Shown here piece after piece: positions 12,129 through 26,200 of a stretch of DNA of 64,000 nt. The stretch spans positions 191,828,001 through 191,892,000 of the forward strand of contig JBITNC010000001.1 in assembly GCA_050084985.1 (NCBI GenBank), in the 5' to 3' direction. Position numbers and translations under genes: made by a program. The number at the start of each line of letters is the position of its first letter. The stretch's first letter is position 1. The DNA is from Nageia nagi. Taxonomy: Eukaryota; Plantae; Pinophyta. Under the pieces are notes generated by a model. The model ran no database searches. It was not told where the DNA came from and saw nothing but the letters and a program-made list of their open reading frames with translations.

Positions 12129-14095
12129 CTCTCCAACAGGACGAATAGATCTCCTTCAACTCCTTCAAAATTCTCCTTAGCCTTTCTTACCTAACAAGAT
12201 GGCAAGATCAAGGCTTTGATGCTACTGTGATGAGCCAAACTAGGGTTCATGTGGAGTTGCACAATTCTTGTTCATAAAATTATCCAAAAACTCAAAATGA
12301 ATGCAACGCCTCACTCCAAACACGAATTAATGATCAATTATGCAAACTACACCCTTCAAGAGCCAACATCTCACTCAAAAGGGTAGAGACTCAACAAACA
12401 ACACAAATCTTGTGCTAGCATGCCAACATCTCATTCAATAGGGCACAAAACAAAATAACAATGCAACGGAATAACAACAATGCTCAAGGAATGAGATCTC
12501 AAATGATATTCTTTGATAATAATGGAGATACAATTATAGGTCTTGAATAAAAGTGCTCTCTAGCAAATGATGACTCGATTGCAGATCTTCAAGAGTGCTA
12601 TAGCGATGGTATTTTTTGTACCTAAGGAGCTTGCACCAAGGTTGCCTCCAATAGGGTTATTGCAAATGGCTCTAGGGCCTCACTAATTGTAGCAATGGCA
12701 AGGCCAAGCACAGGGCTTCCTTACCTCTCTAACGATGGAACAATCAGAGTTCCTCCCTCGAACGGCTAGAGTAAGGAAGAGGTTAGCCTTCAATCACCTC
12801 CCTTAAATGCAGATTAGCGTCTACAAGTGGCAAAGATAGAGTTCTCACACCCAATCTGATAAAATGGAGATTTAATAATCAATTCCGCATATCCTCTTCT
12901 CAAAGTCCTCCTTATATAGGAGAGGTGGCTCATCTTCTAATTTGGTGTTGAGATGATCCAATGGTGTACAAGTGTGATTCGTGTGGTCATGTTGCTACGT
13001 CCAAGATGGAGAGCCTTGGGATGAGTGAAATCACATCTAAGGGTCTAGAATGCTAGCTCTAGGATGATGGAGCCTTTAATGCATCTCGGTGTCAGTGCCA
13101 TATGCTAGAATGTGTCCAAGAGTGTGATGCGGGGCCTAGGGATGCCTAGATCTCCAATGTGTGGGTCAAATCCTTCCTTAATGCTCAACGTCTAAGTCTA
13201 GAAGTCCTCCAACGCCTTGGGATGCGAAATACCTCTCTTTGGTGCCATTTCCAAGCCTAGGAGTTTGTGAAATGCCTTGAAGGCGGTGTAATCACCTAGA
13301 TGGATGCTCTACCTTGAAGAGGGGAGCATTAATGACAAGAGGATCATCTAATGCCAATATTACAATCATAAAGGCTTAATATGCAATGCCTCATTATTGG
13401 AGACTAATATTGCATTTACAATCATAATGGCTTTGGTATGATCAATATGTCATTATTCGCATAATTGGACACTCAACTATATATAATATGCTAAATAAGG
13501 GCCCAACGTTCTATATTTGGAGTACTAAGCTACGCTCCAATTGGAACTTACAAGTAATTGGCCAAATAACTACTAAGATAAACAAAAGTACTTCTAATCT
13601 AATGTTCCCATTTACTAGTGGTGAAATGGGGAAAACACCATAAAAATGGGGACATTACAAAAGCAAAGTGCAAAATCTTATGTTATATAAGAAGATATAT
13701 ACAGAAAAATCTTGGGATTGCACATCCAAGGCTCAATGCTTTTGCTGTGATTGATACTGATTTCTTCCTGCCATCACTTTCAATGCTCATGGAAATAAAT
13801 TCATCAACTCTTTTTGACTAACTGGCACATTTTCTTTTATTTTAGCCTTTCCTACTATACACCTTGTAGTTTGTGAGACCTGGAATGTCTTGTTGGCATT
13901 ATACTATGTCTGCTTCAACTTTTTCTTCTGTCTAGTCATTTTAACAGAATAAATTTCAGTTATGGTTTTCTATCTTTCTTCTTACTAGAACATTTTATTC
14001 CCTTTTTTGTTACTCTTCTTGTATCTTCTACTCATTCATTTGCATGTGTGTTTGTATGAGCGAATAGTTCTAACATTTTTTCTTTGTTATTGCAG

Positions 14096-14211
14096 GTTTG
14101 ACTTTCGTTGATTGTTCTGCTAGCGATCAAACTGTTGAGTTGCTGAACAAAGTTTTAGATCTTGACTGCTGTATTGTTTTAGCGAATAAAAAACCGCTCA
14201 CAAAAAACATT
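14096..14211 (+). CDS. HSDH-family exon (GLTFVDCSAS...ANKKPLTKNI)
   Basis: Pyrimidine tract + tgcag acceptor, gtaata donor, 116 nt. Confidence 0.93.
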
Positions 14212-17200
14212 GTAATAATCTGTTCTTGTGTTTTATTTGTCTTTTTAGTTTGAATAAAAAAAATTATTATGTTTTTGGGTTGTTAAATAGGGGACTTTTT
14301 AATATCTGGGCACCCACTTGATCCATACAATTCACAATCATTATTACAATTTGCAATAAAAAAGAGATTATTAGATAATACCTTCAAACTATAAATATGC
14401 GAACATGAACATCAAGATCTGTCTTCTTCTTTTCTGTTGAATTACGAATATGATACAAGTAGGTGCTTTAGATATAGTGATATTAAAATGACTGATTTAG
14501 CAGCCAAGTTGGAACTTTTTCTGTTCTCTTTCTCTCTCTCAGTTTCTACTTAAAACCAATTTGTTCCTAGCAATTCTATCTTTACAATGCCATTAGAAAG
14601 TTTGCGCTCATTGTGATATCTCATGGCTTTTAGAATTTTGTGCTCATTGTGCCTGTTTTTGGGTTTGCTATTAGCAAATTTACACTGCACTGGGACTCCA
14701 AAAAATAATTTGTAAAAGTTCTTTTTGGAGACAACCTTGCCTGTGTAGATGGCCCTGAATGTCTCATCCAAGTGAACTTAGCTTGCATTTAGCTTGAAAC
14801 ATATTAACATGTGCTTGTGGTAGTTCATTACCTTGCTTAAAAGAAATATACTTCAAATTTTGATTCATACATTGACAATGTGACATGTTTTTCCAGCACA
14901 AAGTGATTAAATAGGTGCCAGCTTGGTTCATCTGTCTAGACAATCAATTCAATGAAATTTATGCATTTGGTTTTATTAATTTGTACCAAACATTGCTTAT
15001 GGGCAAGAAAATCCTGAGTTTAAGATGCCCCTGAAGTCAATGAGTAGAAAACAAGGAAGATACACACTGTAAATCATATGATGCAATATAACTTTATAAG
15101 AAAACAAATAAAATTTATGTTATCAATTTCATTGTAAAATTATGTTTATATTTGAACCATTTTCGATAATTCTAATGCCAGTATTACATCACTAAATAGA
15201 AAAGCTATGTAAGGTGTCTGAAATTATATGGTCTAGTTAGTTTTCCACTAAGAAGTGTATGCATATTAACTTAGGATTCGGTTAGCTATTTAGTTTCTAT
15301 CCTTTTCATGCTCTTCTGTCTATATAAGCTTACATCCTTGTTTCATGTATTTCTGCACTTATTTGAAATATTTTTGTTTTAAAAACTGTCATGCAGGAGT
15401 TTTATGATAAGATTGTTTCGAAGTGGCGACGTGTTCGTTTTGAGTCAACGGTAATGTCCTTCAGGCCTATCGAATCAATGTGGTAATATTTCCTATAGGC
15501 TTGAATAGTTTCTGCCTTGGTAATGATTATGGTCAAGATACTTGGGCTTTAAACCAATGCCATTATGTGTAAGTTATGTTGATGGTCAAGGATTTTTAAC
15601 TCACTCATGCATATTTGGGTGAATTTAATTTATATATTCTCTAATAGAGTATTAATCCCATGATATCTAAGCCTAGATTGTTAATTTCTCATCCAAAATT
15701 GTGAACTTTGTTTTTCAAGCACAACTAGATAATGGAATTGTGGTATAGTGAAACATAAGATTGGGACCCTATGTAATATCCCAAAATTGGAAATTACATG
15801 ATAAAAACATACTTTATTACATAACTTGTGACACAAGCTATGGATTGATGATTCGTCATCTAGAATGGATAGAGCATCTCGTGCCAACCATTTTGATAGG
15901 TTACATGATGGGGTTCCATCAAGAAACAAAAGGGATATTGCACTTTGAAGTTTGTGTCCTGGCCCAGAATTCTACAATTGCGCATGCAAAAATTCACAAT
16001 TATCTTCCAATTGAAGTGATATCTTTGTGTGACGTCTTTCTTCTTGGGATATGTAGTCATTATATATTGTAATGGTTCCCTTGGGCCACTTAGAGTGACA
16101 CATCCCTCTTCTAGAGGTGCGTAGGATTATCTGGAGTAGATCTAGTAGATTCTATTAGTCATGTGCATGGTTCCAAGGAGCAATTGTGAGCCCCAATGTG
16201 GGATGTTTCCCTCCTGTTGGTGTTGATTTCTTTCCTACCTTGCAGGGTTGAAACGAAGGCAGGCTTTGCAAGAGAAAGATGCCTCACTAACATTAATTGC
16301 ATGAGCCAGTTAATGATGCCAAATAAATATTGTAATTAAAATACCAAGGCAATTATTATTTGTAAATGCAATATTAGTCTCTTTAAATGACGTGTTGCAT
16401 ATTTCTAGCCTTGAATATAATTTGGCAGCCTGAGGCATTTTAATGCTTATGTAATTATGCTCCTCCCTAGGCCCAACGTCGCACTTAGGGGTAGAGCACA
16501 AGGATCATAAGGGGAAAACACTCATCCCTAGGCGCAAGAGACTCCTAGAGGGAGGCATGGCATTTAGAGAGACATTGGCATTGTTGGATATGATTTCGTG
16601 GATCCCGAAGACACCCACATTGCAACATCACACTTCAAGGAAACATCTAAACCATCAAAGGCAATCGTGGTGATCCCAAGGTGCATGGAACCATCTAGAG
16701 GTGGACACAAGACCTAGAGGCCACTTGAAGACTATAAAAGGAGGATGAGGCCTCACTTGAAGACATGCTTGTTTGGAATCTTTCTCTCTTCTTCAGGTTG
16801 CAGGCGTTGACTTCTCCCATTGCCTCTTGTGGACGAAAACCCTCAAGAGAGGTGCTGAGATTCGACATGGTCTTAGGGCTGTACGGATTGCTACTTTGAG
16901 GTATAACACACCTCAAAGGCTTTGCTAGCTATCTAGGGGTGTTGGCATTACCCTAGATTACCTTAACACTTCTAGAGACCTTGGTGTCTTGGCCATAACT
17001 TGTGAAGGAGGAAGACCTGGTTCAAGCCTTGCCCATCTGTGGGACAACCTTGGTGCTATTTCATTTTTCTAAGCTACATTCTTGAATACCTTCAATTAGG
17101 AAATCTTTTGCTATAGGACAAGGTATGTAATTTGATTATCCATTCCAAAAGACAAATTGGTGATCCAAGACTTGTGATGAAAGTTATGTCTTCTAAAAGG

Positions 17201-20200
17201 TTTCTTAAAATCGGGGACACTACATTTGATCTTCCTACTTTACAAGATGCAATCAAGAGGGCTCTTACTCTTGAAGATTCCACTCTTCCAAAAAACAAAG
17301 CACTTGGTACCATATCATAGACTTATCAAGGGGGCACATTTTAAGAAGGATTCATCACCACCAAAGAGAGATCAATCAAGTGGGAAGCCCACTCTTGCCA
17401 CCCCTATAACATATAGAAGAAGAACCAAGGATGAGAGGAATGAAAGGAACAAATTAAGAAGGAAGAATCTATGTTTTAGTTGCAATGAACCTTGGAAATC
17501 GGGCCATTGTTGTCGAGGAAAACGAGCCATACACTACATTGAGGTCTTTTCGGAAGAAGAATCATCGGACGAGTATGAAGAACATGAGGACAATGATGGA
17601 TATGATTCGGATGAGCCATCATGTAGGGCTATGGACTCCCAAAGGTGAACCCCAAAATCTATTACAAAAATGACACCAAGTGGAGGAGCATTAGCTACCT
17701 TGAGTGGAACAAACCAATTCTTCACTATTAAGGTTTTGGGGGGAGTTTTAAGAGAAAAGCTCATAGTTTTGATAGATGGAGGTGCTACTCATAACTTTGT
17801 GAATGAGAAGCTAGTAGTCATAAAGAAAATGAAGATTGAACCATTCCCGAGTTTCAATGTGGTTGTTAGAAATGGAAACATTACACCTTGCAAAAAGTAT
17901 GTACCCAATATGAAAGCCATCTTGAAGGATTACACCATTGAAGATGAGTTCTTCATCTTTCCACTAGGTGACTCACCTCAAGTTGTCTTAGGGGTACAAT
18001 GGTTGGTATCTTTGAGAGACTACACCATCAATCATCAAACTTTGCTATTCAAGTTCAAAAATGGGGGATGTGAGATTATACTTCAAGGAATCAAAGAAGA
18101 CAAAGCCCAAAATGCATCCATTAAGAGATTGGAGGCAGTCGCATCAAGTACCAAGGAAAGGGAGGCGTCAAGTAAGGAACCACAAGAAGATAGAGGGAAG
18201 CCATTAAGAAATCCCATGGAGCAAAGATGGGTTTTGACACAAGAAGGCATCCAAGAAGAAGGTACACATGTAGATCCTCTTTTCCTTGATTACTCTTTGC
18301 ATATTTCCAATTTCAAAGGTAAAGTTAGTTTTCCACTTTACCTAAAGATGAGGAAACCCCACAAAGAACTCTCTAGGAAACCCAAAATGACCACTAGGTC
18401 TCACATCTATGGAAAAAGGTTAGCCGAAAAAGATACCCCTCAGCCATCTTCCAAAAGAATGAGAAGTGATCTTAGAAACCTCATTAACCCAAAGGAAACA
18501 TTAGTTGAGCCTATCAAATACCTCACCCTCCAATTGGAAGGACATATCCTAGGAGAGCCTATCATTGCCTTAATAGACAATTGTGATGTCCCATTTGGGC
18601 CAATGATAATATATCATGGCCACTTTGTATTCTAGTGTATGTTCATGTTGTACTTGTGTAACTCAAGCAGGAGCTTATGGTTTGCAGACCCCACTATGAG
18701 CCCAACAATGGGATGTCTCTCCTTGAGTAGTGATGTGTTTGTTGTAATGTGTTATCTCGGATTGTGGGAATCCCAATGTGTCAGGTGTAGTTCATGGGTA
18801 ATCCCGGATTCTGGGAATCCCTAGGTAGATGTGTGTCATGTATATTCAAGGTGCACAGAGGAGCATGTCAACGTTGGGAGGGCCCCACATACCCCACGTT
18901 GGCTCAGGAGACTTCACAGCCCCCACATCAGCCTAGGAGGTCATGTGGGACCCCACGTCAGCCTTAATGGCCTTTATGACCCCCACGTTGGCATACTAGG
19001 CCAATGGGACCCCCACGTTAGCATACTGGGCCAATATGACCCTCATGTTGGCACTGTTGACTTGTTGACCCCAACGTTGGAATAGAATTGGCTTGGGGTG
19101 ATAATGAGGCATAACGGGTGTACATGAGAGACTATATATTGAGGATGGAGCTCCATGATGAGGTTACCATTTATCATGTACTTTCTATACCAAACCCAAT
19201 CGGGAAACCGAGTCTTGGTGGTGCTGAGCAAATATTCCTAGACGGTGTTGTGCCTGCACAACACACCCCAAGATGCAGCATTTTGGGGACCCAATTTTTT
19301 CAAATGGCAATGAGCAACATTGCCTATGCATGGTCAACTTATGAACGATATGGAGACCTAGAATGGCGAGATGATCAAACAATGCAAGAGCATGCCCAGG
19401 AGTCATGGAAACAGTTCAACTCAGCTAGCGGCCAAGTCAAGGCTAGGTCTCGAGTAGTGTCTCAGAGGACAGAGTTGTGGATTGCGACAACAACCAGATA
19501 GTGGAGTTTTGAGCAAATGGCCATTAGGGCAAAAAAGGCGTCGTTTTGGCAAGTTTAAGCAACAAAGGTGCCAAGACAACAAAAGGTGCTTTTTTTGTCG
19601 AGTTTGAGCCCGAGAGTAGTTGATATAGTTAAGATGACAAAAATGCGCGTTTTTGTACAATTTGAGCCCAGAAAGGGTATCTACAGCCAAAAAGCACGTT
19701 TTTGTCAATTTTGAGCTGGGGGAGCCAGAAAATGGTCAACGGCATGGAAAAGCGCATTTTGGTCAATTTTGAGCTCGAAAATGGTTAGTATAGTGAAAAT
19801 GTGCGTTGTTGCACAGTTTGGGCCTAGAAAGCTCGAAAATGACCAAAAATGCAAGTTTGAGCTCAAAGTGCTCTGAAATGCCCCGAAAGGCCAAAAATGA
19901 GCATTTTTGCATATTTGGAGTCCGAAAAGGCCGGAAATGTAGATTTTGAGCTCAAAATACCGGAAATGATCATTTTTTCACCATTCGAGCTCAGAAATGT
20001 CCAAAAAAGCCAGAAATGATCGAAATTCATACTTAGAGCCTGGAAATCGCTGGAAATGCACCGTTTGGGCCTGTAAGAGACGGAGAAGGTTGGGAATGTA
20101 CAATATAGCCCAGGATGAATGAGGAAAACAAGTTCGAGCACCCTTGTGGGCTGGGATCAAGAAATGAGCGTTTTGACCTCCGAAAAGCTTCGGTTTGAGC

Positions 20201-23200
20201 CCGAAAAATGAGTTTTTTCCAAAATACTTGAAATGAAAATCCGTGAGAGAGGTGTGGTGCCAAATGACGAATAAAGGCCACTCTCCTCTTGGAAATTTTG
20301 AAAAAACTCGATTTTTGATCCCCGAGAAGTTAGGGGGGAGTTTTGCAAGTTTTCCCTCAAATTTCAAAAAATGGCATATTCTCTTCAAAACCTGTGCCTA
20401 CCTTTTTAGAGGCCCAGGTTGATTTGAAATGGCAATTTTTGAGCTCAGGAGAGTGGGGATTGCGATTCTACATCAAATTGGTCTTTCAAGTTCACTATTT
20501 TGACGAGTTTTGCTCCATCGAAAGTGAGAAAAAACAGGAAAATGAGCAAAAGGACAGCCAATGAGAATGCTCCAAGATTTCCAAAATTCCAAAAGTGTCA
20601 AAATGATAATTTAAGAGTGAGGTAGGGTGGCAAATAAAAAATTAGGCACCTTTCCTCTTGGAATTTTTGAAATTGGGCAAATTTTGACCCTCCTAGAGGT
20701 AGGCGTTGGTTTGCCTTGTTTCGCTCAAATTCCAAAATTTGGAAAATGGCCTAAATGCCTCAAAACCTGCGCCTACCCTTCTTGTGCCCCAAATTTGAAA
20801 AAAATTGGAAATTTTGACCTTCAAGGGGTGTAGGATGGGATTCCACACAAGTTTGATGATTTGACTTTCCTAAAAAAATGAAATCTACCTTGTCAAATCA
20901 TCAAATTTCGATTGACCAATGAGAGGGCTCCAAATTTTCTCAAAATTTTCCAAAATTGGTCAAATCAAAAAAGGAAAGTGAGGTAGGGTGAAAAATTCAA
21001 AGGAGATCAACATTGTCTCTTGCAATGTTGTAAAAAAATCAAGTTTACCCCCTCAAAAACCTAGGTGGCAGTTTTGGCTTATTTCCCCCATTTCTAAATT
21101 TCCAAAAAAACATGCCAAAGCCCCTAAAGTCTGCGCCTAGCTCGCAAGCTCTCATTTTTGCTCAAAAATCAAAGTTTTTGATCCTAGGAGCATGGAAAAT
21201 CCAATTTTGCATCTCTTTCATGTTTCAACTTTTTGGAAAAAAGTTGATCTACTCCCTCAAAATCCCAAAATTTGGATCAGCCAATGGGAGAGCTCCAAAA
21301 TTTTTCAAAAATTTCAAAAATCCCAAAAACAAAATTAGAAAGAAAGGTAGGGTTCAAAATCCAGATGCAAGCATCTTTGCCTGTTGCAAATATGTTCAAA
21401 AACTAATTTTGCAAGTTATCCCCATTTTTTCATTTTTCAAAACTTGCCTAAACATCCTAAAACCTGTGCCTAGCCTCCTTGGTCCCTAAAAGTGCCGAAA
21501 ATTGCAATTTTTCACTTCTATGAGGTAGGTGGTGTGATTTTACACCATTTTGACCTATCATTTGTGCAATTTGGTTCACACAAACTCCTAAAAACCACCT
21601 TTTTGCATCCAAAAAGGATCCAAGGGCTGAGAAAACTCAAAAAAATTTGATTTTCCTTCAAAAATCTCAAAATTCAAAATCCAAATCTGAAGCATGGAGG
21701 TTGTAGAGCATTCCAAGGCCATCATCTTTGCTTCCAAGACCCCCATGTTGCTCCAAAACTGCCCCTTCCACACTTAGGTGCAGGTTTTGGGTTATTTCTC
21801 CATTTTCGTCCACTTTTCCAACTATGGGTATGAGGATGATAAGTCTAAAATGCAAGCCTTTTGATCTAAGGTTGATATGGAAGTGACATGTGGCACTTTT
21901 GACCCCCTCGAGTCTATAAATATGACCATACCCCCTCCATTTTGCTCACCTCCCATTTTTGCACCCTTATGCTGCCCAAATTTTTGAGAATTTGAGAGCC
22001 AAGTGAGAAAAGAAGCCATTTTTCCAACCTTGGAGGATTTTTCAAACACTTAGTATATTGGCCATTTACCCAAACTCCATTAAAGTTCAAAATCCAAGCA
22101 TCCTCCATCCACATGAACTCCATTTTTTTCCAAGTTTTGAGGATTTTTTTCACAAAAACCCATTTTTCAAACCCTTAAACACTTGAAAATTTATTTTTTC
22201 AGATTTCAAGTTTGATCACTTTTTTGTATACCCTTTATGCATGTGATCAACTTTTATTTTCAGCTAAAAAACACAAAAAAATTCATAAAATCCAAGATTC
22301 GAGTGCTCAAAATCCTCATTTCTTGCAAAAAAAATAAAAAAAAAAATCCAAAATTTTTTCAGAAAACTCCAAAAATTGTTTCTAAAGTCCGTTTTGGCTG
22401 TTTCAAAATCTGAAACACCTTCCCCATTCATTCCCCATCCATCTAAGGTTTTATAACTTGATTCCGGCACCATTTGCCAATTTTGCCAAATTTCATCACT
22501 TTTTCCTATTGAAAAAGTCAACTTTTTTTGAGAAAAACTTGAAAATTCTCCAATCATCCTAAATTTTTGCCATGGCATTCTCCTTTGAGGCAGCTACCTT
22601 TGTGTCACCTTAAACTCACCCAAAAGGCTTTGAAAATTGCAAACCTTGATATTTTTCGATGATGGCACACTTAGAGAAAATAAATGCCCAAAATCCCAAT
22701 TTTTTGAAAAATTCTCTTAGCTTGCCAAGACTCTTCTAACTCTATATTGTCCACCTAAATAGGTACAAGATGGCATTGGTCGCGCAAAACATCAAAGACA
22801 TGAAAACAGATGAAAGGAGGAGTCAGATTTGCCACCTGGTGTAAGGAAATGGTCAAGACCAATAAGGCCATCCTGGAGCATCTACTACCAAACAAAGGAA
22901 TCCTCCAAGCAACCCATTGGGCCATCAGAAACGCTCACAGAAGATGACTTTGAAGCCAAAATTGCAGCAAATGTACAAGCCATCTTCTCACCACCGCCAG
23001 AATAGAAAGGGGTCTATTTTGGCAAGTTTTTAATATGTAAGCCAAATATTTGGCCAACTTAGTGGATTTCCACTAAGTCCAATTGTAATCTCTATTTAGC
23101 ATTTTTAATTAGTTTTTAATTTTGCAATTAGGGTTAGGGTTTTGAAATTCATTTCTAGGGTTTCAAAAGTCAATTTTAGGGTTTTCAAACTCTATAAGTA

Positions 23201-26200
23201 AGAGACCAAGGGTCTCATTTTTGTAAGGACTTCATTCTAAAGCAAAACACTTCAAGCTTGAAGAGAACTTTTGTAAGAGAGTAGCAAATTGATGTATCCT
23301 TGCGCAACTCTTTTTCAAATTAATACAAAGTGGTTAAAGCAAAGACTTGAGTTTGAAACTTTTCACATTGATGTTATTGATTGATTCTTTGAGGGCACTC
23401 ATAGTGGGTTTGTGTACTTTCGTTTTATTCCTTTGAAAGCTCATGAGCTTTAGGGAAGTTATCTCTGAAAAACTTTAAAAGTACTTGAAGCCTACCTATG
23501 CTTGTTGCTTGATCCTTAACACCCAAGTTGTTGGGTATTCTATGTCAAATTTCTACTTCTATGACATCTTCTTAAGTTCTTCATCCAAAACCGTGATCCA
23601 CCCATGTTGAGACTTTCTGTTTCCACCCATTTGACGTTCCTCCCCGCTCCTCTTTGAAGCAATTCAAACGATAAGTTGTTTGCTTGCAAGGTTGGATGAA
23701 TTGGATGAAGAGTCTTTAACCGATTCAGAAGAGATCAACTCTTAGACACTTTCCTGTCAGTGAAGCTCAACCTCATATCTGATCAAGTATCCCTTCTTTC
23801 TCCAAGTTGTCGTCCTTCACCTTTTACAATATTGCCTTTATGCTTTCTTTATGCTTTCATACCAAATATGATCGTTAAGTCCACACACAAAAATTTTGAA
23901 CAAACTCTATACATCAAAGAATAAAACATCGTTGGTTAATAGGCTACATACCTCTCATTCTATTCCATTGAGGCTGATTCCAAAAAGGGATACCGCACCT
24001 TTTATTTATCTATCCCTATCCAGAAAACACACTTGGCGAACACACCTTACAACGTTACGACGTTGGGGTCGCTAAGCAGGGTGTTTCAACTATCCTTTTC
24101 AACTGTGGGAATTGGTAACGCATTCCCAACTATGTTGCTTGGGATCTCCTAAGTTCCGCCCACGATATTTAGAGTGTCCCGCACGAAAAAGAAAAGCATC
24201 CCAACATGAGCCAACAATGCAAGATAGATGAGAGTGCTTCGAGACATCAAGGGAGAGGTCATAATGGACTTCAACTCAACCGGAGTGAAGAATGCATTTT
24301 AGTGGACGGAAGAGGGAGACTATGAGTACAACGAAGCAGAATCCCTTACTCTTTACCAATCCACCAAGAAGTTGGCATCCATGATCAAGGATTAGATGTT
24401 TGAAGAACATCACGAGTTGAAGGGTAATCTTCTTGTCAATTCCAAGCACACCAACTTCGTCTCCATTATTAACAAGATGAGCAGCATAATGGCCCAAGTA
24501 CTAGGGAAGGAAGACAACACCAAATTCACAAAGGAGTACTTTGGCTTCATCGTCTTGATCAGCAAAGGGAAGAGGATCAAGTGGAGTAAGGTCATCAGTG
24601 ACACTCTCGATGACCACTTGTCTTCTATCAACACCACCAAGAAGTTCTACATGAATTTGTACATGGTGTACTTGCTACTCCATGGCTAGTATTGATCTAA
24701 AGCCCTTGGCGAGGAGGCCTTGTTGCATAATGGGACTCATCTGGTGTGGGAGTGTTATCTGAAGTGGAGAGTTGAGAGGAGATGGAATAGCTATTTCATG
24801 AGGACTCACGGTTGGGAGTACGAGATATACAAGGATTTGAAGGGAGAAGTTTCATTCTCACGGATCTCCAACTCAGCCAAAGATGCAGTAAAAAAGTACG
24901 GAGATTTCTTTCTCCAAAATCAGCATTTCCGTATATACGGATATATGGATCTTCCATGGGGCCATTCTAGTTGCTTAGGTATGTTAGCAATAGGTTAGTC
25001 TTGATGGAGATGATGAGGCAACTGGCATTCTTGCATGAGCATGTGTGGCAAAAGAAGTTGGTTACCACAAACCTCCCAGTCCTAGTGGGTGAATATCAAT
25101 GTCGATTCTAGGTTGGTGTGGACATAATGAAAGAAGAGCTTGAGAAGTATGGCTTCAATAAGATGAGTCGAGTTGAGCACTATGACCCGAATCACAAGAT
25201 ACACAACTTTTTCATGAAGGAAAGAAAAAAGGCATATAACCATAGGTCACTTGAAAGTGAAGAGTTGTTCAGGAACGTGAGTAGTGAGTCCGAGTTGAGG
25301 AATATTCGTCCTCAATTGCAAGAAGAGGCAAAGACAAAGCAAAAGGCAGTGGAGGATAACATAGGAAAGTCCTTGTCATCCGTCAAAGGGAGAGGTCGGG
25401 AAGATTCCACTTCCCAACTCACTCTCTACCATTTGGACGATGAAGAACAAGTGAATCAGTATGCTTCCATGCATGGGAGTCACCCAATGGACACCACGGT
25501 TAAGCAAATTAGAGAACAATTGGATGAGCAAAATGTAGGACTCCACACTTACAACAGTCAGAGGAGAGAAGTGACAAGGAGAATCCAAGAGAAGAAGAGA
25601 GGCAATTGAAGAGGAGGCTGGATGTGATGGCCGCTCAAGAACCCATCATAGAAACACACCAGCAATGAATGGGGAATAGTTGTAAATGAGTGCCTTAATG
25701 TCTACAAGATGGATGTGGGAGATGAATTTGAAGACATTGACGAAGACCACCCAGTTGGAGAGAGTTCCACTCAGCCTGGTAGGAGACAAACCTATGTTCA
25801 AATGAAAGACAATGTAGTGCACATCAAGACAGTGTTCATCGACAAAGCCAACCTTAAAATCAAGGAGACCTCAAGGAAATCACTCGAGTAATTGAGATGG
25901 GGCCAATTGGAATCGTAGAGAGAAAGCATTCCATCATCGCCAATGCAAATGCCATGACAAAAGATGGATTGCAAAAGGAGAAGGAGATCAAGAGTTTGAA
26001 GAAAGAATTGGCTGACCAGAAGAAGTTAACAAGGGAAATTGAAATGGCTAGAATGATCCCTGAGGACATCAGGAAGCAAATTCCATTAATTGAGGATTTG
26101 TTGGCAATTAAAGAGAAGTTGATTCAAGACATCATTGGGGTGGTGACACAGTTTGTAGAAACTCTTCAAATGATTTCCATAGAAGAAGACAAGATGAAGG

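Larger units (their letters stand above)
4862..13659 (-). mobile_element. Element B: old LTR retroelement, interrupted by element A (6681-12128) and bounded on the left by K
   Basis: Terminus ggggacattaca at 13659 (TGTAATGTCCCC on minus); TATA-like ccttatatagg ~12911; decayed minus-strand coding fragments 4862-5600. Confidence 0.6.

Noticed and set aside
15772-15798. 27-bp tgtaat...attaca micro-element
   Set aside because: No TSD; likely an LTR terminus remnant or chance
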